Shown piece by piece: positions 14,512 to 27,700 of a stretch of DNA of 64,000 nt. The first letter of the stretch is position 1, and each line of letters begins with the position of its first letter. Position numbers and translations under genes: made by a program. A model generated the notes under the pieces. That model was not told the origin of the DNA and ran no database searches. It saw only the letters and a list, made by a program, of their open reading frames with translations. The stretch comes from Pseudovirgaria hyperparasitica. Taxonomy: Eukaryota. The stretch is taken from assembly GCA_010093815.1 (NCBI GenBank), contig ML996569.1, one strand, 5' to 3'.

Positions 14512-16257
14512 TAATAATAATAATAATATTATATAACTAGGTAGAGTAGTACTCTATAGGCCTATGCCTCCTCTAGTCTAAGCTACTATATAAGAAGAAA
14601 CCCTATAGGGAAAAACTTCCTTATATCTATAACTATATCTTATTAAACCTCTATTTCGTCTTAAGTATATAGCTATAGAGTACGCCTATTAGTCTATAGC
14701 CTATATTACCGTTATTTCGCTCTTAGGTAGTACGTATAGATACGGAGGTTATTAGTCTAGGGCTGCCCTTAACTAATAATCGGGGTTCTTCCGGGGTTCT
14801 TCCGGTATATATCGGGTTACTACCGGCGTATACCGGGTCTCTTCTAGTATATATTTCCGGGTCCACTAGTACTAGAGGAGTAGTAGATATATAAGTATCT
14901 ATCGGGAGACGTCCTTAGGGTACTTATTAAGCTATTATATAATATCTAAAGTCTTCGTGACGTAGATAAGCTATTACCGTTATATATAGAGGTTAGGGTA
15001 TATAGCTAGATAGTAGCGTATTATACCTCTCCGGCCGTACGCCTTATACTATAGGGAGGTATTAGGAACGCCTCTCTTATAGATATAGTATAGGAGTCCT
15101 ATAGCGCCCGTTCGGGCTTAGATAAGTATAGATACTTAGGCTTTCGTTAGCCCTTTATATATCTATTTACTTAGTTCCTTCTATAGCCCTCGAATCTACT
15201 CTAGATATCTATTCTACTAGGAGGTCTAGTAGGCACGGAGTGCCTCTTTCTACTTATCTTAAGTCCACGACCGTATGTTTTTTATAAGTTCTTAAAGGCT
15301 CTACCGGTCTAGAAGAGCGTCTAGGTTATCTCGGACTTCTTATACTACTTAGCTAGAGTCGGCTTCTATTAAGCACCTATACCGTATTCGATTCTAGCCT
15401 ATATATAGGAGTGCGTGGTAATATATACTAATTCGTGCACGTAGCGCGGCGAAAGTATATTCTACGTTTCCTATGCGTTCCTATACTTATTATTTAGTAA
15501 AGTATACTACTCTCTATATCTAGTAGAAGTTATATATACTTATAACGTCTGTCTCGCGTCGTAGTAGTACTATATTAGTAGCTTTATATACGCCTAATAT
15601 AAGACGGAGTATACGGTTCTATATGGATTCGAGCTTTATTCGCCTAGTCTATATAAGGGCTATATACTAGTACTCGTGTCCGTACGTAAAGGCGGGTCGT
15701 GCTATAGATATATATAGCTAGCGTGCCTTATCCCGGGCGGTTCCCTACGTGGAGGCTATAATCTATTATATAGCGGCTTCTACCCGGAGGGCCCTAGAGA
15801 CGGTATATACTACTTATGGTCCTTATTTAAGCTTACTATCTAGTATAACTCTAAGCGCGCGTATGCTTTATGCTAGTAGTTCGTTAAATACGTTAATTCG
15901 GGGGCGTTATTTGCCTTCCCTAGTTGCCTATTTCCCTTAATAGTTAATGAAGTGTATAAGCTGGTATTTCTCTAGGGCGAACTTTACTCTATGGCGTTTT
16001 ACCTACTAGAGGTACCTCTCGTAGTCCTATTCTAGTCGTCTATACGTTCGGTTAGTATTATTATTAATAGCTAGGAGGTATGTATTATCGGCGTATCCGA
16101 CTACCTCTATATACTTTATTCCTTAAAGAAGGTCTACCGTAAAGAAGAGAAATAGAATCGGAGAGATGGTACTCCCTTGTGGGATGCCGTATACCGTCTC
16201 TTTGTATTCGCTCTAGTACCTAGGGATATGTATCTAAGTTGTTCTTCCTATAAGGAA
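14512..16257 (-). mobile_element. 5'-truncated Tad1-like LINE, copy 3 (diverged subfamily) inserted in Gypsy B RNase H
   Basis: (ATA)n tail at 14511-14530; homologous to but diverged from 7371-9110; 16-bp TSD AAATTATATACTATAA at 14496-14511 and 16258-16273. Confidence 0.93.
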
Positions 16258-17789
16258 AAATTATATACTATAAAGGATCCGAAAATAGAAGAGCTAACGC
16301 CCTTAGCTAATAAGTAGAATACGAGTAAAAAGAACCTACTATAGAATAGGCTATATTAGAGATTACTAAAGATAGAAACCTTAGACTAACGCGATATATT
16401 ATAGTAATACGGAAAGAATTTATACTTAAGGACTCTAAGGGAAGGAGTATAATCCCGAGAGATAAGGCCTACTATTTTATTAAAGAATTCTATAAAGATC
16501 CGATATACGGATATTAAGGAGAAATAAAAACTTATAAAAGATTTAAGAGATACTATATAACTTATAAGGAAAGATAAGTTATTAAGGAAGTTATATAAGA
16601 CTATATCTTATATAATAAAAGCTAATCTAATAGATATAAACTATACAGAGAACTCTAACTAATTCCCCTACTATTACATACTTAGAAAATAATCTCTATA
16701 GACTTTATAATAGATCTACTACTCTTAAGGGAACTAGTTTCGCAAGTATAGTATAACACTATACTAGTAGTAGTTAATAAGCTCACGAAGTACGCCTACT
16801 TTATACCCTATTAGAAAGATATAGACATAGAAGAAATAGCCTATGTATTTCTATAAGTAGTTATAGCGAACTATAGTTTATCTAATAGTATTATATCTAA
16901 TAGAGATAAGCTCTTTATATTAAACTTTTAGAAAAGCCTAGTATAATAGCTTAGAACGAACCACCGACTATTAATAGTCTATTATCTATAGATAGACGGA
17001 TAAATAGAGATTCTAAATAGAATACTAGAATAATACCTCCGATACTATATTAACGAATAATAAGATAATTAGGTAGAACTACTACTATTAGCTTAATTCA
17101 CCTATAATAGCGCGATAACCTTAATAACTAAAACCTTACTATTCTACGCGAACTACGGATTTAACCCTATAGCTAGCTATAATTATAGACTAGAATAGTC
17201 TATACCGAAAGTAAAGATTAAGGTAGAATAGCTATATAAGCTATACTTAGAGCTATAGACCGAACTTTCTTTTATAAATAAAAGAATAGTAAAATATATA
17301 AATTAAAAGAGGATAAAGAGACCATCCCTAAGGGGGGGAGACCTAGTATTCCTTATACGGAAAAATATTAAGATATAATAACTAAATAGTAAACTAGACT
17401 TTAAAAAGATTAGACCTTTCTAAATAAAACGAAAAATTTTAGAAGTAAATTATAAACTATCTTTACCCTAGAATATAAGGATATATCTAGTATTTTATAT
17501 CTTATTACTAGAACTAGCACTACGTAATATAAAAATTAAAACTAATATTAAAGCTATAGATGAAGAATTTAAAGTCGAAAGGATTCTAGAATCTAGAATT
17601 AGTAATAAAATACTAGAATACCTAATTAAATAGAAGGGCTACGGACACGAATTAAATACTTAGAAACCTAGGGAATATTTAATAAACTACTAGTAACTAT
17701 TATAGAAGTTCTATTAAATAAACCTAGATTCGCCTAGTTCTCTATACTAAGCTAAGAATCGTTAAAATCTAAGGGAGAATTCGGAACCT

Positions 17790-18343
17790 CCTTAATAGTA
17801 ACTCTCCGTTATTATTCGAGTCGCTTCTTCTCCTTCTTAAGGTCTATTATTAATAGATTCTAATAAAGTATATTATTTTAACGATACTCTAATAGCTTCT
17901 ACTATTTCTCTAGACGCTCTAGACGCGTAAAGGCGGTCTAAGTATCCTACTAAGCTTTTCGCTAAGTAGCGGCTATATATTCTTTCTCTAACTTAAGATA
18001 AGCCTTTTTAAAATAAATCTTCTCGTCTAGAAATATTACTTACTAGCCCTAATAAGAGGAAAGGGAACTTATAAGATAATTTACTTAAAGTCTTAATCCT
18101 ATACTTACTTACTGAGCGACCCCGCTAAATATACTCTAAATACTTATTAGACTTCACGAATACCGCCCTATAAGTTAAACTATATTTCTTATAGAACGAG
18201 TAAGGGAAAGGTATTTTATTACCTTTATAATTAATTAAAATAGATAAAGTAACTCTCTGTTTCGCCGGATTAGATTTAGGAGACTTAACTAATTTTATAA
18301 CTCTAGATATAATAGAAGAAAAGGAAGAAGGGCTCCTTACCAA
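17790..18343 (-). pseudogene. Antisense accessory gene of Gypsy B: Zn2Cys6-like + coiled-coil protein, RIP-degenerate
   Basis: PYSFYKKYSLTYRAVFVKSNKYLEY = Y-x2-Y-x6-Y-x9-Y-x2-Y, canonical zinc-cluster spacing if TAY came from TGY; downstream FTRLERLEK**KLLEYR coiled-coil-like stretch; sixth Cys not resolved. Confidence 0.65.
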
Positions 18344-18768
18344 AGAAAATTAGAATAACCCTCTACTTATAAGTAACTACGGAAGTACTTTAGGATAAAG
18401 TACCTTAGGAGAGGTATTATATAATAAATTACTAGCTAGAGCTATAGAAGGATATATAGACTCTAGTATAAGTGGCGTAAGAGGTAGTATAGTATATAGG
18501 AGAGGTGCCTATAATATAATAGGTAGCCTTAGATAGTAATCTAAGGCTAAGATAGATACCTATAGGAAGAGCTAATTATAGATACTTAGAATAGGTATTC
18601 TAAGTAACCTATATAGTAATTAGAAATAGAATATTAGTATTCTAAGTAACACTCTAAATACTTAGAATAAGTATTCCGATTAGAGGACCTTAGTAGAACT
18701 ATATAGACCCTTTAGACCTAACCTCTAGAGATAGTTCTATAGTAATTAATTTAAACTTATACTAATAT

Positions 18769-18996
18769 TATTAGGACTTAGCCTTAGGTAGGACCCGACC
18801 TATACGTACCTTAGCTAACAGGGTTAGGAGGTAACGTGAAGGGCGGTAAATAGTCACGTACTAGATAGATCGGCGTCCCTTTATATATATACTCTCGGAT
18901 TCCTACTAAAAGGGTTCGGTAGTAATTTGTTCTATAATAGAATACACTCTATTATTCTATCTAACTATACTACTATCTAATAACCCTATTCTTACA
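18769..18996 (+). repeat. Family A 5' LTR of A2
   Basis: 228 bp, ends CTTACA, matches the other two A LTRs. Confidence 0.95.
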
Positions 18997-21900
18997 TTCG
19001 AATTACTCCCTATATAGTACTATAGTTAAGATAGTCTAACTAGAACCGAGAAGGTCGATACGATCTACTATAGGGATAAGTAATACTATATTAAATAATA
19101 GGGATCCTCTATAATCGGTATTAATCCTAGCCGTTTCTAACTAAGAAGTAGAAATATTAGACCGAATCACGGAGCTTTTAGACGAAGAAATAGTAGATAC
19201 ACCGAGTAACTTCTAATAATATAAAGCCGGATAACGAGTCGTGGCGGAGCCACGCAAGGTATTATAATAAACCATCACCAAACTTTAGGAATACGTCACG
19301 AATTAGGCTTAAGAGATTTAAACCCTTAAAGAATAGATAGAACGCGCGAAACTCCTCGTAAAGAGACGAGAACTTAAGGAGTCTCTTAAAGAACTACGCC
19401 GAATAATAGTAGGTGGACGACTTCCTATACTAATTCAGGCGGAATTAGTTTACCTACCATTAGAGTTGTGATAATCTACTATATACCCAGCCGCTTTATT
19501 ACCGATTTACCCTACTCCTTCCCTAGGTATACCGAAACCTAAAGACCCGACTATATTTATAGAGAAGAACTAAAAGGAGTAGAAAGACTAGAAGAGAGAC
19601 TACGAAAAGTACTTCCTCGATAACCCTCTACTCTTTTCTACTAAAGTATAACGTATTTTATTCGGAGAACGATACCTAGACTTATAATCCCGCGATTAAT
19701 AGGATAGATAGAAGGAAGTATAGCTACTATCTACGATAACCTAGAAACATTTAGCTATATTTATATTAAACACCCTTAGAACGGATAGAGAATATAAAAG
19801 AAAGGTACTATCTAAGTTAAGAAGCGTAGCATAACGACCGAACTAGACACCTACTTAACTACTATAATACCTCTAAAACCTATAGAATAATATCCCTACG
19901 CTATAGGAAAATATTTATATATTCTAGTTTCGCGAAGTACTACTTCTATTAATCCGCGAAAGACTAGGAATAGTATTATTAAGTTTTAACTATCTATACG
20001 AATTAGAGGAGAAAGCTAATAAATACTACCGCATCCTTAAGGAACGCGGCTCTCTAGGTAAAACCGACGAACCCTATACGGGTTAGAAACGAGGTCGATT
20101 AAATACGTTCGATTAAGAGTAACCTTACCGCGATTAACACTAGAAGAGCATAAATCGGGGTAGAAACGCGTTAAGAGGACACCGAAATAATTAAGGCGGT
20201 ACTTCTTAACACGGAAAAGAATAAGGTATAGACTTAAATATAACGCCTATTATAAAATAGTAGAATTATAGCGCACTTCGTTACTATAAGTATAGAGAAA
20301 TAGAATATATTTCGCCTAACTATAAGAATCCGAAAAAAGAATAGGCTAGTACACGAGACCTAACCGCGTCCTTAGCTAAATTATATATACTTAGAAGGAG
20401 CTATAGCGCCTTCCGGCGAGTAAAGACCTAATATTACTAAAAGTATTATTACCTATAGTAAATGGTAATAAAACTATATAGGCCCTCGTGGATACTAGTA
20501 TAGAAGATAACTATATTTCGTCGATTCTCGTAAAGGAGTATAGATTATTATATGATCTTAGTAAAGTTAGCCGAACTATCGTAGTTAATAGACATGAAGT
20601 TAGAACTTTAGGTAAAGCTATAATGAATTACGAAGTTCATAACTCGAAGATAATAAAATAGTAGATATCTAATAAATTTATTATAGCTAATATTAGCTAA
20701 TAGAATATGATTCTAGGGATACCTTAGCTTAGACGCCTAAACCCTATCCTTAATTTTTAGAAGAAGATATTAACGTTCTAATAATACTATAGTAAATTAT
20801 ACTAGTAAGTCGTAACTATTAGTAAGGAGGTATAGAACCTTACCGTGCGGACCTAATTATCGCTAATCTATCTTACGTTCTTATCGATCGTTAATAAAGA
20901 CGAGGACGATAGTAATAATCGGGGTAAAGACACGCTACCCGACGTATATTCGTAGTATACGGATATATTTTCGGTAGAAGATGCGTTACTTCTCTCTAAT
21001 CACGGGCTATATAAGCTAAAGATCGAGCTTAAAGAGGGAGTAGACGTCCCTTATAGCCTACTTTATCTACTTTTAAGACTAGAACTTAAAGTTCTTCGTA
21101 AATATATTAAAGAATACCTTAAAAGAGGCTAGATACGTCGTAGTACGTTATCGGCCGGCGTACCTATGCTCTTCGTGAAGAAGAAAGACGGAAGTTTACG
21201 TCTATACGTTAACTATTAGGTACTAAATATAGTAACTAAGAAGAATCGTTATCTATTACCGCTAGTTAGTAAATCTTTAGATTAATTAACGAAGGTAAAG
21301 TACTTTACGAAGCTAGATTTATAAGATATATATTACCGGCTTCGAATTCGTCGCGGAGATAAGTAGAAAACCGCATTTTAGACTAGATATAGTTATTTTA
21401 AGTATACTATTATACCATTCGGGCTAATAAATGCGCTAGAAGCGTTTTAAGGATATATTAATACTATACTCGTAGGATTACTTAACGTGATTTACGTAGT
21501 TTATCTTAATAATATACTAATTTACTCTAATAGTATGTAGAATTATAAAGGACACGTGAAATTAATGCTAAATCGTCTAAGGTAGTATAAACTCTACGTA
21601 AAATTATCTAAATATAAGTTTTACTAATAAGAAGTTGGGTTTCTCGGCTTTATTATAATATATAGCGGTCTAAAAATAGAGCCGGAGCGTGTAAAGACCA
21701 TTATAGAATGGCTAGAACCTACTACTATACGTTAAATTAGAATATTTATAGGTTTCGTGAACTATTATCGTAAATTCATTATAGGCTTCTTATAAATTAC
21801 GGCGCCGCTTAATAAGCTTATAGAGAATAGCGGTAAAATCCCTATAGGTAGGCGAGTATAGCGTAAAGCTAAGTCGGTCGAGATATAGTTAACGGCGGAA

Positions 21901-22695
21901 GCGTAAGATATGTTCCGATCGTTAAAGAATTACTTTATAACTACGCCGATTCTTAGGTATTTCGATTCTAAGAAGTATATTTAGGTTAAAACTAACGCGT
22001 TAGGATTCGTAATTACTAGAATTATTAGTTAACCGTATAAAGATACGAAAGATAAGGTGTAATGGTACCCGGTCGCTTTCTTTTCCCGTAAAATAGCGGA
22101 TATAGAGACGCGTTATAACACGCACGACTAGAAACTACTTATAATTATTAAGAGTTTTAAGTAATAGCGATATTATTTAGAAGGCTCTATATATTAGATT
22201 AAATTATTATCGGATCACGTAAATCTATATTACTTTATATCGACTAAGGTCCTTAATCGCCGATAAGTATGTTAGGCTAAGTAGATATTAATATTTAACT
22301 TTAAAATCTTATATAAAGCTAGAAGAGAGAATAAAGCTAATCCTCTATCACGGTATAAAGATTATAAGAAATCGTTATAGAATAACGTAGATAGTCGGTA
22401 TAAGTTAGACTATACTATACTTTAGACACTATAAGACTAGCTATCTAATAGAATACTAGAAGCTAGGATACTTTCGGCGATTCTCCGCGGGAATTAGAGC
22501 GGGTATTAAGTAATCTAAATAAATGTCTAAGAAACTAAGAAAACCCTCGAAGACTTAATTAAATCTACCTAGAATTCCGATATATTAGTAAAGAAAGTTA
22601 TAAGTATAAAAGGAAGCGCTATAGATCCGCTATGGTTATTAAGGTAGGAACGACGATCGGACGCGATCTACTTCTAAGGCCGACTCTACGTGCCG

Positions 22696-22933
22696 TATAA
22701 AGAGTAAAGACGTAGAATAGTAGTCTAATAGTTCATAGAGAGACATAGGAATGTATTTATAGAGTAATCTTACTCTCATACGAGGTTGATTCCTAATAAG
22801 CAGGAATCGGTTTATGCGGTCTACTTATATAGTGACCTCGCTTAACTTAGCTAACTTAACCCAGCTCTGGCCACTACGTGGCTACATGGATTAGAATAGT
22901 CCATATAGATCTATTATAGTTCCCGTCCTAATA
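22696..22933 (-). repeat. Family C 3' LTR
   Basis: Direct repeat of 30501-30738, adjacent to the polypurine tract. Confidence 0.95.
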
Positions 22934-23412
22934 ATATCCTTCTTCTTTTTATGCTTCGCCCCGAAGCACTTAAGTATATATAATTCTAAGTCTCTATAAT
23001 CTATCGTGTATCTATATATCCGTAACTAAGTTTCTATAACGTTATAACTATCCTTAATATAGGTGAACTCGAGATTCTAGTTTACTTTTACTAGTTCATG
23101 CACGCGCTCATCCCTTGCTTCGTGGCTACTACCTAGGACACGTAATTACTACTTTAGTTAAGTATATATTTAGCTCCGCTCGCCTTTAATTTTATTCTCT
23201 AGTATATCTATCTCGCTCTTAAGGTAAGTCGTTAATTCATATACTATCTTTCCTAGTTTAGGTTTAGAAGGGTCTATAGTAGTCTATTCTTATTAGAACC
23301 GGTCTAATATGACCCATTCGCGTTATTACGGTCACTAATTTAGCTTTATTAATCGCCGTTAAGGGTAGACGAATATTCCTTCCTTAGATCTCTAGCTAAC
23401 GTATATATATAG

Positions 23413-24790
23413 ATGTCTAATACTAGTCCTATCTCTAAGCCTGCCTCCTCCTCTCGTAAGACTCGCTCTAAAGGTATCGCCTCCTCCCCGGCCACGCCGG
23501 CTAAGAAGCCTACCTATCGCGGTGGTATAAAGGCGCGCTCTAAGTCGGAGAAGAGAGTAGCGAGGGCTACTACTACTACTACCTCTACTACTAATATAGC
23601 TACTAGTCGCTCTAATCTAGGTAATTCTAGTACTAAACTTATGGATGAAGTAGTCGTAGGTTCCCCTCTCGCTCTAAAGTACACGCCGCCTACTCTACCT
23701 CCTCTAGAGAATAAAGAAGATCTCGTTATAGATGATAATCGCGAGCCCTCGCGCTTACCCACGCCGCCGCCTCGCCGCTCTTCCTTCCGGTCTAACATAG
23801 ACTAATTTAATTACTCTAGGTCCTTTTAGGACCTTAATATTCGCTCTAAACCCTAGCCTACTAATAATAAGGCCTAGGTCGCCGAGGATACTAAACGTAG
23901 TCGTGGTTTACGCCATAGAAAAACGGCGAACTACGGTTTAATATACTATAAGTATATTAAGGGCTATGCGGCCGGCTCTAAATATCTCTTTCGCTCTAAC
24001 TCTAGCATTAGCTACTACTCTACTAACCGCGATGGGCCTATACACCCTATTTTTACTCTATCTACCCGCTACCGCCGCTATACCGTAACTAGTAAGACTT
24101 GTCTATAGGTAAGTATAATAGGCTATCTTAATCTAGTGTAATCTAAAGTGGTCCGCGCTAATACATTCTTAGGTTCCTATATATATATAAGATATATATA
24201 ACGACCTTCGCGTCCGCGAGACCCTCGGGGGTCCTTATAGCCGCCTACCTACTATATAGAGGGAGTTTAGGGAGCGCTATAAGCTCTTCCTAGAGGTTAT
24301 TAAAGTATAAGTTGTAAGCACGTTAATTATTTTTAACACCTATTGATTTTTCTAGCCGCCGCGAGATCCCTAGCGCCTAGGCTACCTATTCTAGAGAGTC
24401 TATCCTAGCTATAGAGGCCGTAGAGAGGATTCGCTCTATCCCCCCCTATCCGTCTTACGCTACTAACGGATCTTATAAGAGGTCTACTATTTCTCCCTCT
24501 AAGTCGCCTCGTAAGAGGGTATATATTCCCTTCTAGATTATTCTAGATTATATTAGCTAACTTTAGACCTAGTCGCTACGCTCCGGCGCTTAAGGCTCTT
24601 CCCTCTAGGCTCTAATGGATTAGGTTATTACTCTAGAGGCTAAGGTCGTCGTCCTCCGCCGCTATATCGTGTAGTTAGAGAGAACTATACTAGAGGTTAG
24701 GACGGATAATAAGATAGAGGAGTAGCTCTATAGTTCTAGCTCTATGTATTAGCTCTATACCTGGCTCTATATATTCTAGATCTGCTATAG
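23413..24790 (+). pseudogene. Antisense accessory gene of Gypsy C: basic/Ser-Pro-rich N-terminus, Cys-cluster domain, spliced helical C-terminus; RIP-degenerate
   Basis: ATG 23413 in frame with YYKY (23944-23955) and YRRYTVTSKTCL* (24070-24108); introns GTAAGT 24109...GCTAAT...TTAG 24172, ~24314-24355, ~24519-24566; probable 5' UTR intron 23224-23412 (GTAAGT...CTAAC...TAG); 3' end approximate. Confidence 0.7.
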
Positions 24791-27700
24791 GTGGTGCGCG
24801 CCAGCTCTGTTTACCTGGCTTTTATCCGTTTTAGTCCTTTTTAGATCGTTTAGATACCCGTTAGCTAGTTTCTAGTAATTTAATTCTTAACTTAACGATA
24901 TTATGTGTGCGCTCGCTTAGCTTATGACTATCGGTTTCTACATTCTAATTTTCCTTAAGTCACCTAAGTGTGGGCACCGTATATAAATTAGTTTATCTCT
25001 ATAAATTCCATTAGAGCACCCGAACCAGTGGCCTAGTAGTTATTAGTTCGGGTACTCTAACCTTTTATATTTCGTGTTAAGAGTTTAATTCTATGGTGGG
25101 GTACCTTTTTTTAGGTTCTTAGTCCTATGTTTTTCTTATGTATAATGGTCCGTGTTGGTCCATTCTAGACTCTTCTATGTTATTCTATTATAGTATATCG
25201 CGTCGCGTTCCTAAAATGGTTGTTTACGCTTTCTTCGCGTCTAGTAACCGTGCGACGCTTAAATTATAGGGCTGCTATATAGAGTTTTCCTAGTGCGCGT
25301 CTAGATTTCCTAGTTTGGTACTTCGTTCTCTACGGTATCCTTCTTCTTTTTACAATAACCGTAACGTCGCTATACTTATATTAATAATATACTATTCTAC
25401 ATCTTTTACTTATACGCAGCTATTATAGAACTTAAGATATATACTACTAGTTCCTAGGTATCCTCGTCCTTAGTGTAGTCCTTCTAACGGATTCTATATT
25501 TCTAAACACCGTCTTTATTAATCCTATGTTCGATAATATAGTCCACTTCGAACATATCTAGTCTATCTTAGGGTATAATAGAGTGTAACTACACGTTCGT
25601 GCGGCCATACACGTTAGGTCGAAATCTTTCGAGTAGTAAGACGTGGAACACCTTATAGATTCTTATATCGCTTCCTAAGTCGAGCTCGTAGGCTCTTATA
25701 CTAATATAACGTTTAATTCGGAAGGGACTAGCTATTTTATAATCGAGCTTCTTATTTACTCGCGATGTTCGTATGTTATAGATGTTAAGAAGGACCTCGT
25801 CGCCCTCCTCGTACGTCTAATCCTTAGTTAACCTATTATAGTACTTCGTATACGAGTCGTTTACTTATTAGATTATAGCGCGATAGTTACGTGCGGTTTC
25901 GAAGATTTTAATCGCTAATTTCTAAGCGTGGACGTTCACGTCTATTATTCGATTAAATTAGACCGTCTAAGGCTTAAAACCTATCCTTAGACTGCGTCCG
26001 AGGTTCGCCTAGAAAGATATAATACCTATCGTACTATAATAACTATTATTATATACGAACTCTACTATACTTAGTAGGAAGGCCTAGTCGTCCTACTCGA
26101 AATTATAGAATACGCGTAGGTAGGCCTCGAGCGTCTAGTTCTATCGCTCTATCTAGCTATCCGTCTAAGGATGAAATACTATAGATATATTTCTATTTAT
26201 ACTTACTATTTCGTAGAATAATATCTAGAATTTGGACGTGAAGGTACTTCCTCGGTCTATAACGATCCTTTTTAGTATACTATGGACCTTAATAATCTCG
26301 TTCTAGAACACCTACGCTAGTTCTTTAGATGTAATCGTCTTCTATACCGGGATATACCTAGATATCTTTATAAGTCTATCTATAATAATAAGAATAGAAT
26401 TATAACTTATCCTAAGTATCTCGCTTAGAGATAAGTTAACTATAAAGTCTATAGTAATATCTTTCTATATAAAGAGGGGGGCTAAAAGAGGCTATAAATT
26501 CCTATATAGCTTATGTCTAGGGGCCTTCGTTCTTTAATAAATCGGATAAGTAGCTATCTATTCTTTAACGTACTTAGGTATATCTTCCTAAAAATAGTAC
26601 TAACGAATTAAGCTTAGGGTACGTACATACCTAAAGTATCCTACTAGGTTAGCGTTATGGTATTAGCTAACTATATTAAATCGCGTGTTATCTATCGGTA
26701 TATAGTACTTTCTATCGTAGTAAAGTAAGCCGTCCACGAAGGTCTACTTATAGTCCACTTTAGTCTATAATAATCTATCTTACTATATTTTACGTAACTT
26801 TAAAACTATCGGGTCTATCTTCTATAGATCTACGATTAACTAGGTGAGGTTAATTAGATATTCACGCTAGGCATTATCACCCTTCCTAATAGCGCTAATA
26901 AACGGCCTACTAGGGACTTCGGTACCGCGTCTTTAGTCACCGGCTTTAGTCTTAGAGATTCGATTACCGGCATTAACGTTAGCATCTCGCTAATCGCCTA
27001 ATAACTTAAAATCCAACCTCGTCCTTAAGAGTTGGGCCTATAGCTACTCTAGGACCCTATAGCTACTATAATCCTAGGCGCCTTCTTTATAGTTAGGTCT
27101 TCTTAACATTCTATTAGCTAGGTTTATACTTCTAGATCGATAGTAGATTATAAAGTGAAAGTTTGTAAGCTACTTAGCCTATCGGACCTATTAACGGTTT
27201 AAAACCGTCGTGCTTATAAACCCCTTTAAGTTATAGTAATTAGTTAGTAACTCGACGTCATGCATGGCACCTTTAAGATAATATCGCCACTGTTTAAACG
27301 ACTCTACTATTACTAGTAGCTCTTAGTTATAGATAGTGTATCTAGTCTTAATATCGACCATTTTACGTGAGAAGAACGTAACTAGATACCATTAGACCTT
27401 TTTAGACTTAGTTAGTCTAGGCTAGGAGAGAATATCTAAGATTATAAATTCTAACGCGTCGGTTTCGACGCGGATAGGTTTGGTTAGGTTAAAGTATACC
27501 AGTAATAGGGTAGTTATAAATGCCTCTTTGATTTTCTCGAAGGAGGCCCTTTTGCCTTCTGATAATTCTATAGGCTATAATTTAATATTATGCTATTTCT
27601 GTCTACCACGGACCGTAATAGACGAATCTATAGTAGTAGTACGCGCGTTAAGCGGTGCTACTAGCCGGGAGAAATGCTTAACGAATTTTCGGTAGTAATT

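Larger units (their letters stand above)
12655..18767 (+). mobile_element. Ty3/Gypsy chromovirus family B (5'-truncated; PR, RT, RNase H, IN, chromodomain, probable 3' LTR ~18415-18767)
   Basis: INSGV*SNFIS (IDSGAQSNFIS) ~12677; VYLDDILIY ~13748; RNase H EFNI*IIYYKGSENRRANALS rejoined across LINE copy 3; chromodomain EEFKVERILESR...YLIK*KGYG ~17562-17650; purine tract ~18407-18414. LTR limits uncertain because there is no partner LTR. Confidence 0.88.

Noticed and set aside
9561..15940. Plus-strand ORFs at 9561, 11200, 11624 and 15749
   Set aside because: Antisense to RIP-mutated LINE ORFs; composition reflects RIP, not coding
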